A DNA stretch of 64,000 bases from Malacoraja senta (GCA_038087875.1 CM075989.1:6946001-7010000), one strand, 5' to 3'. Counted from the stretch's first letter, positions 1 through 13,584 are shown. Program-made: numbers and translations. The notes: a model not told the origin generated them from the sequence alone.

Positions 1-1900
1 TAGATGAGGTTGGAGGAGGTGCAAGTGAACCTCTGCCTCACCTGAAAACACTGTTGGGGTCCTTGGCCAGAGTCGAGGGGGGAGTTAAAGGGACAGGTGT
101 TGCATCTCCTGCGGTTGCAGTGGAAGGTACCTGGGGAGGGGGTGGTATGGGTGGGAAGGGATGAGTTGACCAGGGAGTTGCGGAGGGAACTGTCTCTGCG
201 GAAAGCAGAAAGGGGTGGAGATGGGAAGATGTGGCTAGTAGTGGGGTCCCATTGGAGATGGCGAAAATGTCGGAGGATAATGTGCTGTATGCGACGGCTG
301 ATGGGGTGGAAGGTGAGGACAAGGGGGACTCTGTCGTTACGAATGGGGGAGGGGGAGCAAGAATGGAGCTGAGGGATATCGAGGAGACTCTAGTGAGAGC
401 CTCATCTATAATGAGGGGAACCCACGTTCCCTACAGAATGAGGACATCTTCGATGATCTAGTATGGAAAACCTCATCCTGGGCGCAGATGCGGCGTAGAC
501 GGAGGAATTGGGAGTAGGGGATAGTCTTTGCAGGAAGCAGGGTGGGAAGAAGTGTAGTCTAGATAGCTATGGAAGTTAGTGCGTTTGTAATATATGTCAT
601 TCGATAGTCTGTGTCCTGTGATGGAGACGGTGAGATCTAGAATTGGTAGGGAGAAGTCGGTGATGGTCCAAGTGAATTTGAGTGCAGGATGGAAATGAGT
701 CGTGAAGTTCAAGATTCAAGAGATTCAAGAGAGTTTATTGTCATGTGTCCCAGATAGGACAATGAAATTCTTGCTTTGCTTCAGCACAACAGAATATAGT
801 AGGCATTGACTACAGAACAGATCAGTGTGTCCATATACCATTGTATAAATATATACACACATGAATAAATAAACAGATAAAGTGCAAATAAACAGATAAT
901 GGTCTATTAATGTTCAGAGTTTTGTTTCAGTTGAGTTTAATAGCCTGATGGCTGTGGGGAAGTAGCTATTCCTGAACCTGGACTTTGCAGTCCTCAGGCT
1001 CATGTACCTTCTATCTGAAGGTAGCGGGGAGATGAGTGTGTGGCCAGGATGGTGTGGGTCCTTGATGATGCTGGCAGCCTTTTTGAGGCAGTGACTGCAA
1101 TAGATCCCCTCGATGGTAGGGAGGTCAGAGCCAATGATGGACTGGGCAGTCTTTACTACTTTTTGTAGTCTTTTCCGCTCCTGGGTGCTCAAGTTGCCGA
1201 ACCAAGCCACGATGCAACTCTACTGTGCACCTGTAGAAGTTAGAAAGAGTCCTCCTTGACAAACCAACTCTCCGTAATCTTCTCAGGAAGTAGAGGCGCT
1301 GATGTGCTTTCTTTATAATTGCATCAGTGTTCTCGGACCAGGAGAGATCTTCAGAGATGTGCACGCCCAGGAATTTGAAGCTCTTGACCCTTTCCACCAT
1401 CGACCCGTTGATATAAATGGGACTGTGGGTCCCCATCCTACCTCTTCCAAAGTCCACAATCAGTTCCTTGGTTTTGTTGGTGTTGAGGGCCAGGTTATTG
1501 TGCTGATGAAGTGAGTGAGTTCTGCATGGGTGCAGGAGGTAGCAGCGATGCAGTCGTCAATGTAGCGGAGGTAGAGTTCGGGGATAGGGCCAGTGTACGC
1601 GTGGAACAGGGATTGTTTGATGTACCCTACAAAGAGGCCGGCATAGCTGAGGCCCATGTGAGTGCCCATAGCTAAGCCTTGGATTTGGATGAAGTGGGAG
1701 GAGTCGAAGGTGAAGTTGTTAAGGGAAAGGACCAGCTCTGCTAGGCGGAGAAGTGTGTTAGTAGACAGAAATTGGTTGGTTCTGCAGTCGAGGAAGAAAC
1801 GGAGGGCTTTAAGACCTTCCTGGTGGGGGATGGAGGTGTAGAGTGACTGGACATCCATAGTGAAGATGAGGGAGTGGGGGGGCTGGAAAACGGAAGTAAT
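1..1900 (-). mobile_element. Penelope-like retroelement (RT plus linker into GIY-YIG), degraded and split by a Rex1-like insertion
   Basis: MDVQSLYTSIP...GLAMGT...YLRYIDD (1460-1858); YLDYTSSHP; CNRRRCNTC and FTCTSSNLI near the window start. The halves rejoin in frame (LTHFINFTTHFHP) once 710-1504 is removed. Confidence 0.9.
710..1504 (-). mobile_element. Rex1/Babar-like LINE 3' fragment nested in the PLE
   Basis: VKSFKFLGVHISEDLSW...KKAHQRLYFLRRLR...SYFPTAIRLLN; (TCTTGA)n-type tail at about 710-735. Confidence 0.8.
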
Positions 1901-2079
1901 TGAAGAGACAAAGCAAGTTGATAGGAATCAGAACAAAATCAAAATATTGACCTTTCGGGTCGAGAACCTTCTTCAGACTGATTCAATCTGGAAGCTGATT
2001 CTCACCACCAATTACAGATAACCAAATTTTCCCGTTTGTCCCAATACTGACCAAAGCTCATGGAAAGTGATCAACCAAA

Positions 2080-2572
2080 GTACAGAGAAGGTTCACCAGA
2101 CTGATTCCTGGGATGTCAGGACTTTCATATGAAGAAAGACTGGATAGACTCGGCTTGTACTCGCTAGAATTTAGAAGATTAAGGGGGGATCTTATAGAAA
2201 CTTACAAAATTCTTAAGGGGTTGGACAGGCTAGATGCAGGAAGATTGTTCCCGATGTTGGGGAAGTCCAGAACAAGGGGTCACAGTTTAAGGATAAGGGG
2301 AAAATCTTTTAGGACCGAGATCAGAAAAACATTTTTCACACAGAGAGTGGTGAATCTGTGGAATTCTCTGCCACAGAAGGTAGTTGAGGCCAGTTCATTG
2401 GCTATATTTAAGAGGGAGTTAGATGTGACCCTTGTGGCTAAAGGGATCAGGGGGTATGGAGAGAAGGCAGGTACAGGATACTGAGTTGGATGATCAGCCA
2501 TGATCATATTGAATGGCGGTGCAGGCTCGAAGGGCCGAATGGCCTCCTCCTGCACCTATTTGCTATGTTTCT
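2080..2572 (+). mobile_element. CR1 (HER1-like) LINE 3' end, young
   Basis: LSYEERLDRLGLYSLEFRRLRGDLIETYK...FFTQRVVNLWNSLP; CTATGTTT tail; nearly identical to 42975-43483. Confidence 0.9.
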
Positions 2573-3399
2573 AACCTGTAATATTGACTCTCTTTCTCTG
2601 CCATGGAATATGTTCTCTTGAGGACTCTCATCTGACTTGCAGCATGTCCTGTGTATACCACCAAGTTGATCCACTCTGATTTTATTGGCTAAATCTACTC
2701 AGGCAGAACCTTTACCATTCTGACAAAAGGTCATTGAGCTGAATTGTTAACTCTGTTTCTCTCGCTGCAGAGGCTGACTGGCCCATAGGTTGGTACTGTA
2801 GGTTCACTGGCTTGGTAAGAGGCTGCAGATGCTGAAATCTGGAGCCAAAAACAAACTGCTGGAAGAACTTAGTGGGTGAAGCAGCATCATTGGGGGAAAG
2901 GAATCGTCGACGTTGAGTTACTCCAGCACAATGTGTCTTTTTTGTGAACCAGCATCTGCAGTTCATTGTTTCTAGACTGCGAACATCAACTGGACAGGCA
3001 GCATCTCGGGAGGAATCTCCAGAGGTGTTGCCAGACCCGTTGAATTGCTCCAGCATTTTGAGTCTATCTTTGGTATCCTTCCTCCAACAATATCCGGACA
3101 CCTAGTTTGTTGAGTTACAAGAAAATACTGAGGTCACAGCAATTCATGTCCTCAGCTCCAGAATCAGAGGAGGTGAACACAAGGGGAAAACAATCTGGAA
3201 TCTCATGATGATTGTGAATTAAACAAGAGACTGAAAATGAATTATGTTTTCTGTTTCAGTGAAAGTGCATTAAAATATATGGTGTATATATATGGTAAAT
3301 ATATGGCTTAAGCCAATGTGGTTCCGAATAAATGAGTTTGTAAATAAATGTATTAATTTCAACAGAGGACATGTCCAAAGACGTACAGGTTTGTAGGTT

Positions 3400-3544
3400 G
3401 TGTAGGAAGCTACTGGCTTAAACCGAAGATAGACACAAAAAGCTGGAGTAACTCAGGGGTCAGACAACATCTCTGGAGTAAAGGAATAGGTTACATTTCG
3501 GGTTGAGACCCTTCTTCAGTTACTCCAGCTTTTTGTGTCTATCT
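3400..3544. mobile_element. Short PLE-derived element inserted in a SINE
   Basis: Flanked by a 14-bp direct repeat CAGGTTTGTAGGTT (3386-3399 and 3545-3558). Confidence 0.7.
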
Positions 3545-4171
3545 CAGGTTTGTAGGTTAATTGGCTTGGTATAATTGTAAATTGTCCATAGTGTGTGTAG
3601 GATTGTGTTGGTGTGTGGGGTTAGTTAAATGGCGATGCTGGCTCGAAGGGCCGAATGGCCTGTTCCTGCAGCTATTTTCTATGTTTCGATATTTCTATGT
3701 TTCTATGATCGTTGGTTGGCACAGACTTGGTGGGCTGTAGGGCCTGTTTCCACTCTGTATCTAAAGTAAACTAAACTAGACAGAGGGGAGGGATCACCCA
3801 ATGTATAAATGTCACCTTTGACTTCACTACTTTGGTACAGGTTTCCCAAGCTGAACCTCAGTGCCTCGAGAGTGTGGCTTGCCTTCAGTACATGCGATAA
3901 CAGTCCATCGTCTGTTGGTTGAGAGGAAGACATTGGGTCAGGCTTTCTTGCCTGGTTCTCTGAGCAAAGATGCCAACTGTCTTGTTGCCCTCTGCATAAC
4001 AAAAAAGAAAAGTCAATCTTTTGCACCAGCAGAGCAAATAGAGGCTGAATCAGAAGATGATCCAGTGTGGAGAGAAAGATGTTTTAAAGCTGACTGCTTT
4101 ACACAAAATATATCTCATCGGGGCAAACTACGGCAAAAGTGCAGCCTGCAGATTTAAACTGAGAATGGTGC

Positions 4172-4461
4172 TAGACTTTGGAGATACAGTGTGGAAACAG
4201 GCCCTTCGGTCCACTGAGACTGCACTAACCAGCGATCACCCTGTTCACTGACACTATCCCACACACGCCAGGGACAATTTACAAATTTACCAAAGCCAAT
4301 TATTCTTCGGTAAACAAGCTCTCGGAGAAAACCCACGCAGGTCACAGGGGGAACGTACAAACTCCGTACAGACAGCGCCCGTAGTCAGGATCGAACCGGG
4401 GTCTCCGAGCGCTGCATTCGCGGTAAGGCAGCACCTCTACCACTGCGCCACCATGACTGCC
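4172..4461 (-). mobile_element. tRNA-derived SINE (HE1/V-SINE-like)
   Basis: A-box TGGCGCAGTGG, B-box GGTTCGATCC, CR1-type tail GAAGGGCCTGTTTCC. Confidence 0.85.
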
Positions 4462-4671
4462 CTAATGTACGGGTGTCATGGGTAATGGACCGAAGGCAAG
4501 AGAATGGGGTTAGGAGTGAGAGAGAGATCAGCCATGATTGAATGGCGGAGTAGACGTGATGGGCCGGATGGCCTAATAATGTTCCTATCACTTATGAACT
4601 TACGAACTGCAGGACATGTAACGCCTGTCCATACACCTCCTCACTCACCCCCCCCCTCCCCCCCGCCATCC

Positions 4672-4990
4672 AGATGAGACAGAGATTCACCTGCACTATA
4701 TTCAACCTCATCTATTGCATTCAGTGTTAATGATGAGGCCTCCAGTACATTGGTGAGAACCAAAAGCAGACGAGGCTACTGTTTTGCTGGGCTCCTGTGC
4801 TCTGTCCATTGTGAGGATCTGGATTTCTCAGTTGCCAACTATTTTATTTCTCCTTCCCAATTTCACACCAACCGTTCTGTCCTTGGCCTCCTCCACTGCC
4901 AGGGCAAGGTCAAATATAAAATGGAGGAACAGCACCTCACATTCCACCAGGATAGTCTACAACCCAACTGGTTGAACATTGCATTCTCTT
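4672..4990 (+). mobile_element. PLE GIY-YIG endonuclease fragment, degraded
   Basis: RQRFTC..NLIYCIQC...YIGE and LGLLHCQ...KMEEQHL...SLQPN.LNI.FS. Confidence 0.75.
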
Positions 4991-5039
4991 GATGTGTATG
5001 AAGCCATCTTCCATTAAGTGCATTTTCGTGGAGACACTA

Positions 5040-5518
5040 TTAGTTTCCTTTAGAGATACAGCATGGAAATAGGCCCTTCGGCCCACCGAAACCGTACCGA
5101 CTAACGATCCCCACACACTAGCACTAACCTACACACACTAGGGACAATTTACAATTTTAGTAAGCCAATTAACCTACAAACCTGTGCAAGAAGGAGCTGC
5201 AGATGCTGGTTTAAACCGAAGATAAACACAAAAAGCTGGAGTAACTCAGCGGGTCAGGCAGCATCTCTGGAGAGAAGGAATGGGCGACGAAGGGTCTTGA
5301 CCCGAAACGTCACCCATTCCTTCTTTCCAGAGATGCTGCCTGTCCCGCTGAGTTACTTAACCAACAAATCTGTACTCCTTTGGAGTGTGGGAGGAAACCA
5401 GAGCTCCAGGAGAGAACCCACGCAGTTCACGGGGAGAATGTACAAACTCCAAACAGACAGCGCCCGTAGTCAGGATCGAATCCGGGTCTGTGGCGCTGTA
5501 AGGCAGCAACTCTACCAC
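5040..5518 (-). mobile_element. tRNA-derived SINE interrupted by a PLE-derived fold-back element (about 5186-5357)
   Basis: SINE halves with a TAACC(T/A)ACAAA(C/T)CTGT duplication around the insert. Confidence 0.8.
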
Positions 5519-6518
5519 AAACCCACCATGCAAGTACCATTGGACAGGTACATGGAAAATACACTTGGATAGATACATGGATAGGAAAGGTTTAGAGGGA
5601 TATGGGTCAAACACGGGCAAATGGGACAAGGTTAGATGGGGCATCTTGGTTTCCATGCTGTATGACTCTGTGACTCCAAATTACCTTTGCCATTATTGAA
5701 GATATTTGTTGCACTCAGGCACAGACGTTTCCGAAGCTCTACGCCTTCAGCCACTGTAAACAATTCCATTTCCCCAACAAATCTACTTCCCCATATAATC
5801 GACTGATTGCTGAGAGGACCACTGGGGTGTGACCCACCCAGAGATCAACGACTAACATTGTTTTGCCAATAAACTCATTGAAAATTAAAGTGCTCCAGGA
5901 AACTATAAATCAGGAAGGGTTGTCGCCGTATGTGGATACCAGAGCAGGCTAAACGTGCGTCCTGGTTCCTTCCCCCAACCTGTGTTGCTGATGGTAGATT
6001 ACAACAATAAATTACTGCTGTAATCCTGACACCCACTCTCGACCGTCTATAATTGTGTCGCCTTTAATGGCCGCCCTCTATCTCCACTCCATTATCCGAC
6101 TTTTTATAGATTGGCTCAGCTTTACGAGAACAGCATTCGAGTCAGCCAAAATCCTGTGCAGAGTTCAGGTAACCACGCTCAGCCAGCCATCAACCACCTC
6201 CCTGAAAAACCCTCTGAGCTGCAACATTTAGCATTGAAGGAATACACTGTAGCAGGGGACTCCAGGAGTACAGCCAAGAAAAGAATGAATCAAAACAATG
6301 TTATGAGAACGACATGTTTTTTTATTACTGTCACCGTGCTGCTTCCAAGTTAAAAACCCCGTGCCCGGGCGTTACCCCAACCGTAAATACCCAGGGCCAG
6401 ACCCCATGACCAAACGCCTCCCGCTCCGAAACGCTCAACTCCTCCCTCCTGAGCCAAGTGTGCGCTATGCCCGTGGCTAGCCACCAGGTGCCGCCACAAT
6501 ACATTCAGCCCTCATTAT

Positions 6519-6816
6519 CGGTGGCGCAGCGGTAGAGTTGCTGCCTTACAGCGCCAGAGACCCGGGTTCGATCCGGACCACGGGGGCCGTCTGTACAGAG
6601 TTTGTACGTCCTCCGCGTGACCGTGTGGGTTTTCTCCGGGTCCTCCGTTTTCCTTCCAAACTCCAAATACGTGCAGGATTGTAGGTTAATAACCTTCAAT
6701 ACAATTGTAAACTGGCCCTAGTGTGTAGGATAGTGCTGGTGTACAGGGTAATCGCAGGTTGGCGCGGACTCAGTGGGCCGAGGGCCTATTTACACGCTGT
6801 TTCTCTAAAGCCTAAA
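6519..6816 (+). mobile_element. tRNA-derived SINE (HE1/V-SINE-like), full length
   Basis: A and B boxes, central GTGGGTTTTCTCCGGG domain, CR1-type tail. Confidence 0.9.
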
Positions 6817-7630
6817 TCCGTGCATGGGTCTGAACAGCTGGGGAAAACATAACAGTGAATACTGTTCCTTTGTATTAAGAACACTCCCCCCAAAAAACTA
6901 CAGTACCAAAAACATTAACATGTCTTATTAAACAGATTAATACCTTTAATCTCCAACAAGGAAATGTTCTTAGTGAACAGAGTAATATAAATATTAAAAC
7001 CGATCATAAAAATGTACATTTTGTATCTCTGTGAAACCGTGCAAGGTCGGCTGAGGCAAACCATGTGTGGAACTGGATGCGGTTATGTAATGTGGATGTT
7101 TACTAAGAAAATGGGCATCTTTACATGGTCCCATTCTCTTGGGGCCTTAAATACTTTTTGTTGTTGCTCAAAACATCTGTAAAAGTTCCAAATGGAGACG
7201 ATCGTGAGTCCGGGAGACGTACAGCATGGAAACAGGCTCTTCGACCCAACTTGTTCATTCTAACCAAGACTCCCATCAATGTTTGTCCCATTTGCTGGTG
7301 TTTGGCCCATATCCCTCTGAACCTTTCCTATCCTTGACTAACGATGCTGCAATATCTCAGCTCGGCCTCTGGCAATTTCTTCTCTAGCTTCCCGCAGTGT
7401 TCTTAGACTTTACCTGACCAGGCCAAGAGAATTATCTATGTTTATTCATTTGAAGGCATCTAGCCTCTCCTCTACTGTAATGTAGGCTCAAGTTCCCCAG
7501 TCCTCTTGTCATTCTCCATGGTAAAGGCAGAGGAGAAGCATTCATTGATGACCTTGCCCATTTCCTGTGTGGGTCAACACATAGATGTGTACTTTGGTCT
7601 TTTCTCTCCCTAGTTACTCGTTTTCCCTTA

Positions 7631-8384
7631 AGGGCCTGTCCCACTTTCACGACTTAATCCAAAACCTCTGCCGAGTTTAAAGGACCAAAAAAAAAATCAT
7701 GATTTTGGTCATCTACGAACTCCTATGACCTTCCAACGAATATGCTCACGAACTGGAATGACAGAGGTCACGTGCTGATGTTGACTTAAGCTTTAATTTT
7801 TCACTCACCTTTTTTTCTCTGTCCAGCTGCCGAGCTACGAGTACCCACGAATATCTACGAGTACCCACGACTACCTACGACTACCCTCACGGTCTGCCCA
7901 CGAACTAACTACGAGTAAAAAGTCGCAATTTTTTTCATCCCGACTATTTTTTTACTCGTGGACATTTTTCATCGGGCTGGAAAAAAAGGTCCCGACTTAC
8001 CTGATGCCCCGAGTACCTACGGCTGGCATAACGAGCCGCCACGATGGAGTGGAATTCCCTGCCACAGAGGGCAGTGGAGGCAAAGTCACTGGATGGATTT
8101 AAGAGAGAGTTAGATAGAGCTCTAGGGGCTAGTGGAGTCAAGGGATATGGGGAGAAGGCAGGCATGGGTTATTGATTGGGGACGATCAGCCATGATCACA
8201 ATGAATGGCTCTGCTGGCTCGAAGGGCTGAATGGCCTCCTCCTGCACCTATTTTCTATGTTTCTATGATATATCTACGAACTCCTACGGCCTCCTATGGA
8301 CTCGTTACGAACATTCTGCGAGTTTGAATCAGGGGAAAACACGGGAGAATTCGTGAATTACCTCGTGAAAGTGGGACAGGCCCT
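7631..8384. mobile_element. PIF/Harbinger-type MITE with a nested CR1 3' end (8046-8266)
   Basis: TIR AGGGCCTGTCCCACTTTCACG at both ends; TTA target duplication. Confidence 0.85.
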
Positions 8385-8947
8385 TTAGTATGCTGCTTGT
8401 GTGTATAATGGGTATAAAGATGGATAAAGAAACAAAAAGCTGGAGTAACTCAGCGGGTCAGACAGCATCTCTGGAGAAAAGGAATAGGTGATGTCGTGAC
8501 CCTTCTTCAGGCTGTATACACCTTGCCCTGCCCTGCTCTCACATCGTTCTGTGTTATTGGGTCACACTTCTCGTGTGCAATGGTCTTCAATTGTCTTTCC
8601 ATTGCAGAGGGAAACAATAGTGTCAGCCAAATGTGCTCAGTATCCTCTGCTGACTATTCATTGAATATGCACCTTGCCAACAAGACTTGCAAAGGTTTAC
8701 CAACCTATCATTGTCAGTTACGTTTAGATATAGGTCAAACGCAAGCAATTGGTACTAGCTCAGGAAGCCACTTTGGTTGGCATGGATGAAGTGTCATGGA
8801 TGCAGGCCAAAGGGCATGTTTCCTTGCTGTTTAACTACGACTGAATAGCTTTTAACACAGTCGAATAGCATGCCACCACCTGCCACAGTTACCTCCCACT
8901 GTCACATAGCCTGTGGTTATTCCATCTTGGTCAAATTGTCAACTGGG

Positions 8948-9256
8948 AGGCACAGTGGCGCAGCGGTAGAGTTGCTGCCTTACAGCGCCAGAGACCCTGG
9001 TTCGGTTCTGACTACAGGTGCTGTCTGTACGGAGTTTGTAGATTCTCCCTTTGACTGCGTGGGTTTTCTCCAGGTGCTCCAGTTTCCTCCCACACTCCAA
9101 AGTAGCACAGGTTTGTAGATTAATTGGCTTCAATAAAAATTGTAAGTTGTAGCTAGTGTGGAGGACTGAGATGCGAAGTAATCCCTAGTCGGCGCGGAGG
9201 TGGTGGGCTGAAGGACCTGTTTCCTTTATCTCTAAAGTCGAAAGTAAAGTCTAAAG
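8948..9256 (+). mobile_element. tRNA-derived SINE
   Basis: A box, B-like box, tail. Confidence 0.85.
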
Positions 9257-9637
9257 TGTAATTGCACCTCAGTCAATAAATAACCTGCTGAATTCCACCC
9301 ACAGTCAAATAGATGATCATGACTTCATCACAATCCTATTGACCTACCACGGAAAAAATATCAGTTGTGATTCCACCAGTGAAATAGCCTGTCTCCATTC
9401 TACCAGTTAATGGTGCAATCAAATTGGTGGGTGGTGATCCCAACACAGTCAAATAGCCGGCCATTGTCAAATGGGGAGAGTCAGTCATGCTCCCAATATT
9501 GCACAAAAGGTATCATGATGCCACCATGGTCAAATAGCCCATTGCAATTCTATGTATCCAGGTCAATGTATTAAGATTGAGTTGGTATCAGTGTCTTCCC
9601 CTTCTGTCGTGGGGTAGACTGACTCCCCACTCCCCAA

Positions 9638-9967
9638 TAGACAATAGACAATAGGTGCAGGAGTAGGCCATTCGGCCCTTCGAGCCAGCACCGCCATTCA
9701 ATGTGATCATGGCTGATCATCCCCAACCAGTACCCCGTTCCTGCCTTCTCCCCATATCCCCTGCCTCCGCTATTTTTAAGAGGCCTTTCTAGCTCTATCT
9801 TGAAAGCATCCAGAGAACCTGCCTCCACCGCCCTCTGAGGCAGAGAATTCCACAGACTCACCACTCTCTGTGAGAAAAAGTGTTTCCTCGTCTCCGTTCT
9901 AAATGGCTTACTCCTTATTCTTAAACTGTGGCCCCTGGTTCTGGACTCCCCCAACATCGGGAACATC
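9638..9967 (-). mobile_element. CR1 LINE 3' end
   Basis: ESRTRGHSLRI...FFSQRVVSLWNSLP; (CTATTGT)n tail; same subfamily as 61210-61766. Confidence 0.88.
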
Positions 9968-10316
9968 TTTGCACATCCCCAATCCTTTCCACTCGTCACT
10001 TTAATTTCATGTTTCATGTGTCTTGTTGAGTTTTCTGACTGTTGGCAGAGCAATTTCCCTCTTGGGATAAATAAAGTTCTACCGTATCATATGGTATGAT
10101 AGGGTGCATGGTTCCAATGCAGTAATGGGTCATTCCTGCTGGAGGTTAGAGGAGAAACATGGATGAGTGTGGGAGGAGAGGATGGGCAGCGATACGGAAC
10201 AAAAAGAAGCCATTGATTACTAACTTCAGTCCCCACCGATAAAGTGTTTTGAGTTTTTCCTATTTACAATGGAAATGTTGACTTCTGCAGAGGAGAGAAG
10301 GTGACCGAGAGGCAGA

Positions 10317-10330
10317 GTGCCATCTAGTGG
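10317..10330 (-). promoter_or_regulatory. CTCF-like motif CCACTAGATGGCAC
   Basis: Exact fit to the CCASYAGRKGGCRS core, in non-repeat sequence. Confidence 0.6.
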
Positions 10331-11554
10331 AGCAAAGTGAAATCATTCATGGTCGGTGTAAGTAACGCAGACAAACAGAAATGGCCACTCATGCCTAGGA
10401 TATACGCATTTGGAACATAAAACAAATTAAAAAACAGCACAGGAACAGGCCCTTCAGCCTACAATGTCTGTGCTGACCATAATGCCAAGGTAAACTGATC
10501 TCATCTGCTGCATATAATCCATATCACTCCATTCCCTGCATATCTATATGCCTATCTTATCTGCCTCCACCACTACCCCCCAGTGCATTCCAGGCACCCA
10601 CCACTCTGTAAAAAAAACATATCCCCGCTCATCTCCTTTAAGCTGTGCCCCCTGTTAAAGTTACATCCTCAATTCTTTGACATTCGGAAAGAAGATGTGA
10701 TTTAAAGGCAGAAAGTTTTAAATTAAGCCCTTGCCACGAATCCTGAGAGGTAGTTATTAATCTCTTGAAGAAAGTAGTGAGAAAATATGCGGAGAGGTAG
10801 CCCTCACACAGCCAAGAGTGGCACAGATTAATCAAGGACGCACTAAGCGGATTAGTTAAGGGAACTCTCATCTCTCCGGCTTTACTGAATTTCTTGAGGA
10901 GCTGATGCGGGGGGCTCAATGAGGGTAGCACATGAGATGTAATCTACAAATCAGACCAAGCAGAATAATGTAACACCTTGGATTTGGAATATAGGTAGTC
11001 GATGTAAGAAAAATGATGGCTGCTGGGTGTCTCAGAAGCTCAACACACGAGATTCAATGCTCTTTTTTTTAATGCTGTGTAGTCATGATTTGGATTTGAA
11101 TTTTGGAGGAATGATGCAGAAATTAGCAATTGATCCCAAAACTTGTTGAATTCTGCATCCCTAAGACATTAATCTCATCCTTCGTTTGCTTCTTAATGAC
11201 ATGCAAATCTTGACCCAAATTCTCCCTGTGGCTGCATGGGTTTCCTCCCACATCCCAAATTCGTGCCGGTTTGCAGGTTAATTGGCTTCTGTAAACTGCC
11301 CTTAGCATGAAGGGAAAGAGGGATGACATAGAACTAGTGTGAACGGGTGCACGGCGTGGACTTCGTGGGTCGAAGGGTCTGTTTCCACGCTGAATCTCTA
11401 ACCCAAACTATATCATCAAGTCTCCATGCAATCAACCTCAATGAAAACTGCTACCAAACAAGGCTGCATCGTTACCCCAACCCTTTGCCCAGCCTTTTTC
11501 ACAGTGAGGTTGCTCCTTCCCTCAGACAAATATTCCACTGGAGTGAAGATAATC

Positions 11555-12095
11555 TTCAAGTTCAAGTTCAAGTTGACATTTATTGTCACGTACACCAATT
11601 ATGGTACAGTGATATTTGAGTTACCGTACAGTCACACAAGTAAAAAGAACACAATACACAATAGAATTTAACATAAACATCCACCACAGTGGAATCAGCA
11701 TTCTTCACTGTGATGGAAGGCGATAAAATTCAGTTATCTTCCTCCTTTGTTCACCCGTGGTCGGGGCCTTGAACCCTCCGCAGTCGCCGCTACAGATGTT
11801 CAGGCCCTCTCGTCGAGATGATCGAAACTCCAACATCGGGACGGATCGGAACACACTCCGCGGCTTGGAGTTCCCGAATCGGCCGCTTCTTACCGGAGAC
11901 CACAGCTTCACGATGTTAAAGTCCACACAGGAAGTGACTGGAAACGGTTTCCTCCTATCCCCCCCCCCCCACCCTCCACATCAAAACATACCGAGAAACA
12001 TTAAAACACACATTTAGACACACTAAAAATAACAAAAAAAGTCGAAACAACACACGAGCTGCTGGCGAGGCTGCCGCTCGCGGCGCCACCCAGTG
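11555..12095 (-). mobile_element. GC-rich non-coding SINE-like retroposon with a 3' hairpin and (TTGAAC)n tail
   Basis: Related 3' ends at 16935-17220 (-) and 57470-58000 (+). Confidence 0.6.
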
Positions 12096-12299
12096 GAGAA
12101 CTTCAGAATTAATGAAACTATTCAACCAACAGTAACTACACTGCAGTGAGAAGGTCACTCAAACGTCAATAGCTGAGCTGCCATATGGATATTCTACGGC
12201 CACTTGCATCAGGAGGACAAGTTCCAACCATCGTTGACTCATTCACTGAAATACATGAGGGAGCGGGCTTTACCTGAATGACCACGAGAAGGGTTCTCT

Positions 12300-12870
12300 A
12301 TCAATGGTTCAATGGTACTTTATAGTCACATGTACCGAGGGACAGTGAAATTCATTGTTGTATTCAGTTCAGTACAAGTATCATTATACATAAGCATTTA
12401 GATAATCTTAGATAAGCATCTCAGATACAGTACAAGTGTATAGCAGTAGTACACTGAGACAGTATACAGAGTTTGGCTCCATGTTCAAGTCCCAGTTGTT
12501 GTAAGTGCAGGGATCTTGACCTGACCATGAAGGCCTGTTGTCCTGTCCTGGCCAAGCATAGCCGTGGTGCCCTCTGCCGCTGCTCCACCGCTGCAGGCCG
12601 CAACCAGTCCACGTGCTCGGCCTCTTGGAACAGCGGGGCCCCAGGCTGCTGCAGGGCCTCCAGCGGCCCACTCCCCCGTCGAGACCGTGCACTCCCCTCC
12701 CACAGCCGGTCTGCTCACCGGCCCTCTGTCTGACTCTGTCCTCTCTGGGCTGGCAACCTGCGCCTTCCAGGTGGGTTCCCGTCCGCGGCGAGGGTCTTCG
12801 GTCTGCAGCAGGAGAGCTGGGCCTTCCCAGTCGACCAACACCCACTACAGCGCAGATGTGCACTGGAGAC
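12300..12870 (-). repeat. GC-rich interspersed repeat with a (CCATTGAA)-type tail
   Basis: Similar 3' ends at about 14920-15145 (+) and 49025-49240 (-); family not identified. Confidence 0.5.
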
Positions 12871-13584
12871 CGTGCACAGCAAAATTAACAGGATGTGGCC
12901 TGGACTGATAATTATGGTATGGACAAATTGGCTGGGCTGGGAAACAAAGAGACTGATGGCAGATTTACCTGAGCCATAGAGTCATACAGTATGGAAACAG
13001 GCCCTACGGCCCAACTAATCCATGCGGAGTGATGAGTACTAGGACCAGGGTTTAGTTTAGAGATACAGTGCAGAAACAAGCCCTTCGGTCCACCAACCAG
13101 TGATCCCCATACACCAGCACTACAATTAGATCTCCATACACTAACACTACAATTTACAATTTTTAACAAAGCCAATTAGTGTACAAACCAGTACGTCTTT
13201 GGAGTGTGGGAGGAAACTGGAGCACACGGAGAAAACCCATGCGGGTCACAGGGAGAACGTACCATCTCCGTACAGTCAACAGCCACAGTCAGGATCGACT
13301 CCAGGTCTATGGTCTCAGTTTCTAACAAATAAGGATCAGTGAAGATACTAACCTTAACCTCATTAAATTCACTGTCTTTGGCTTCATTTTCTCCTCTGAA
13401 TACTGGAATAAAGTGAAGTGGTTGGTAGTTAGGAAATAAGTCAAGGTTTTACTATGATACAGTCTGTGTCCCATAGAATGTTCCGCAGTGCATTGTGAAC
13501 ACAATAAACGGAGGAGGTACTGGTGTTCCCACTGAGAAGAATACCAATTCCAGCAGGAAAGTGGTGGAAGTGCCGTCATTATGT

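Noticed and set aside
6519..6590. tRNA-like A and B boxes
   Set aside because: These are SINE heads that run on into SINE body and tail in many copies; they are not tRNA genes.
12408..12908. Cluster of overlapping GC-rich ORFs
   Set aside because: Stop-poor GC-rich repeat body, with no recognisable protein and no consistent splice pattern.
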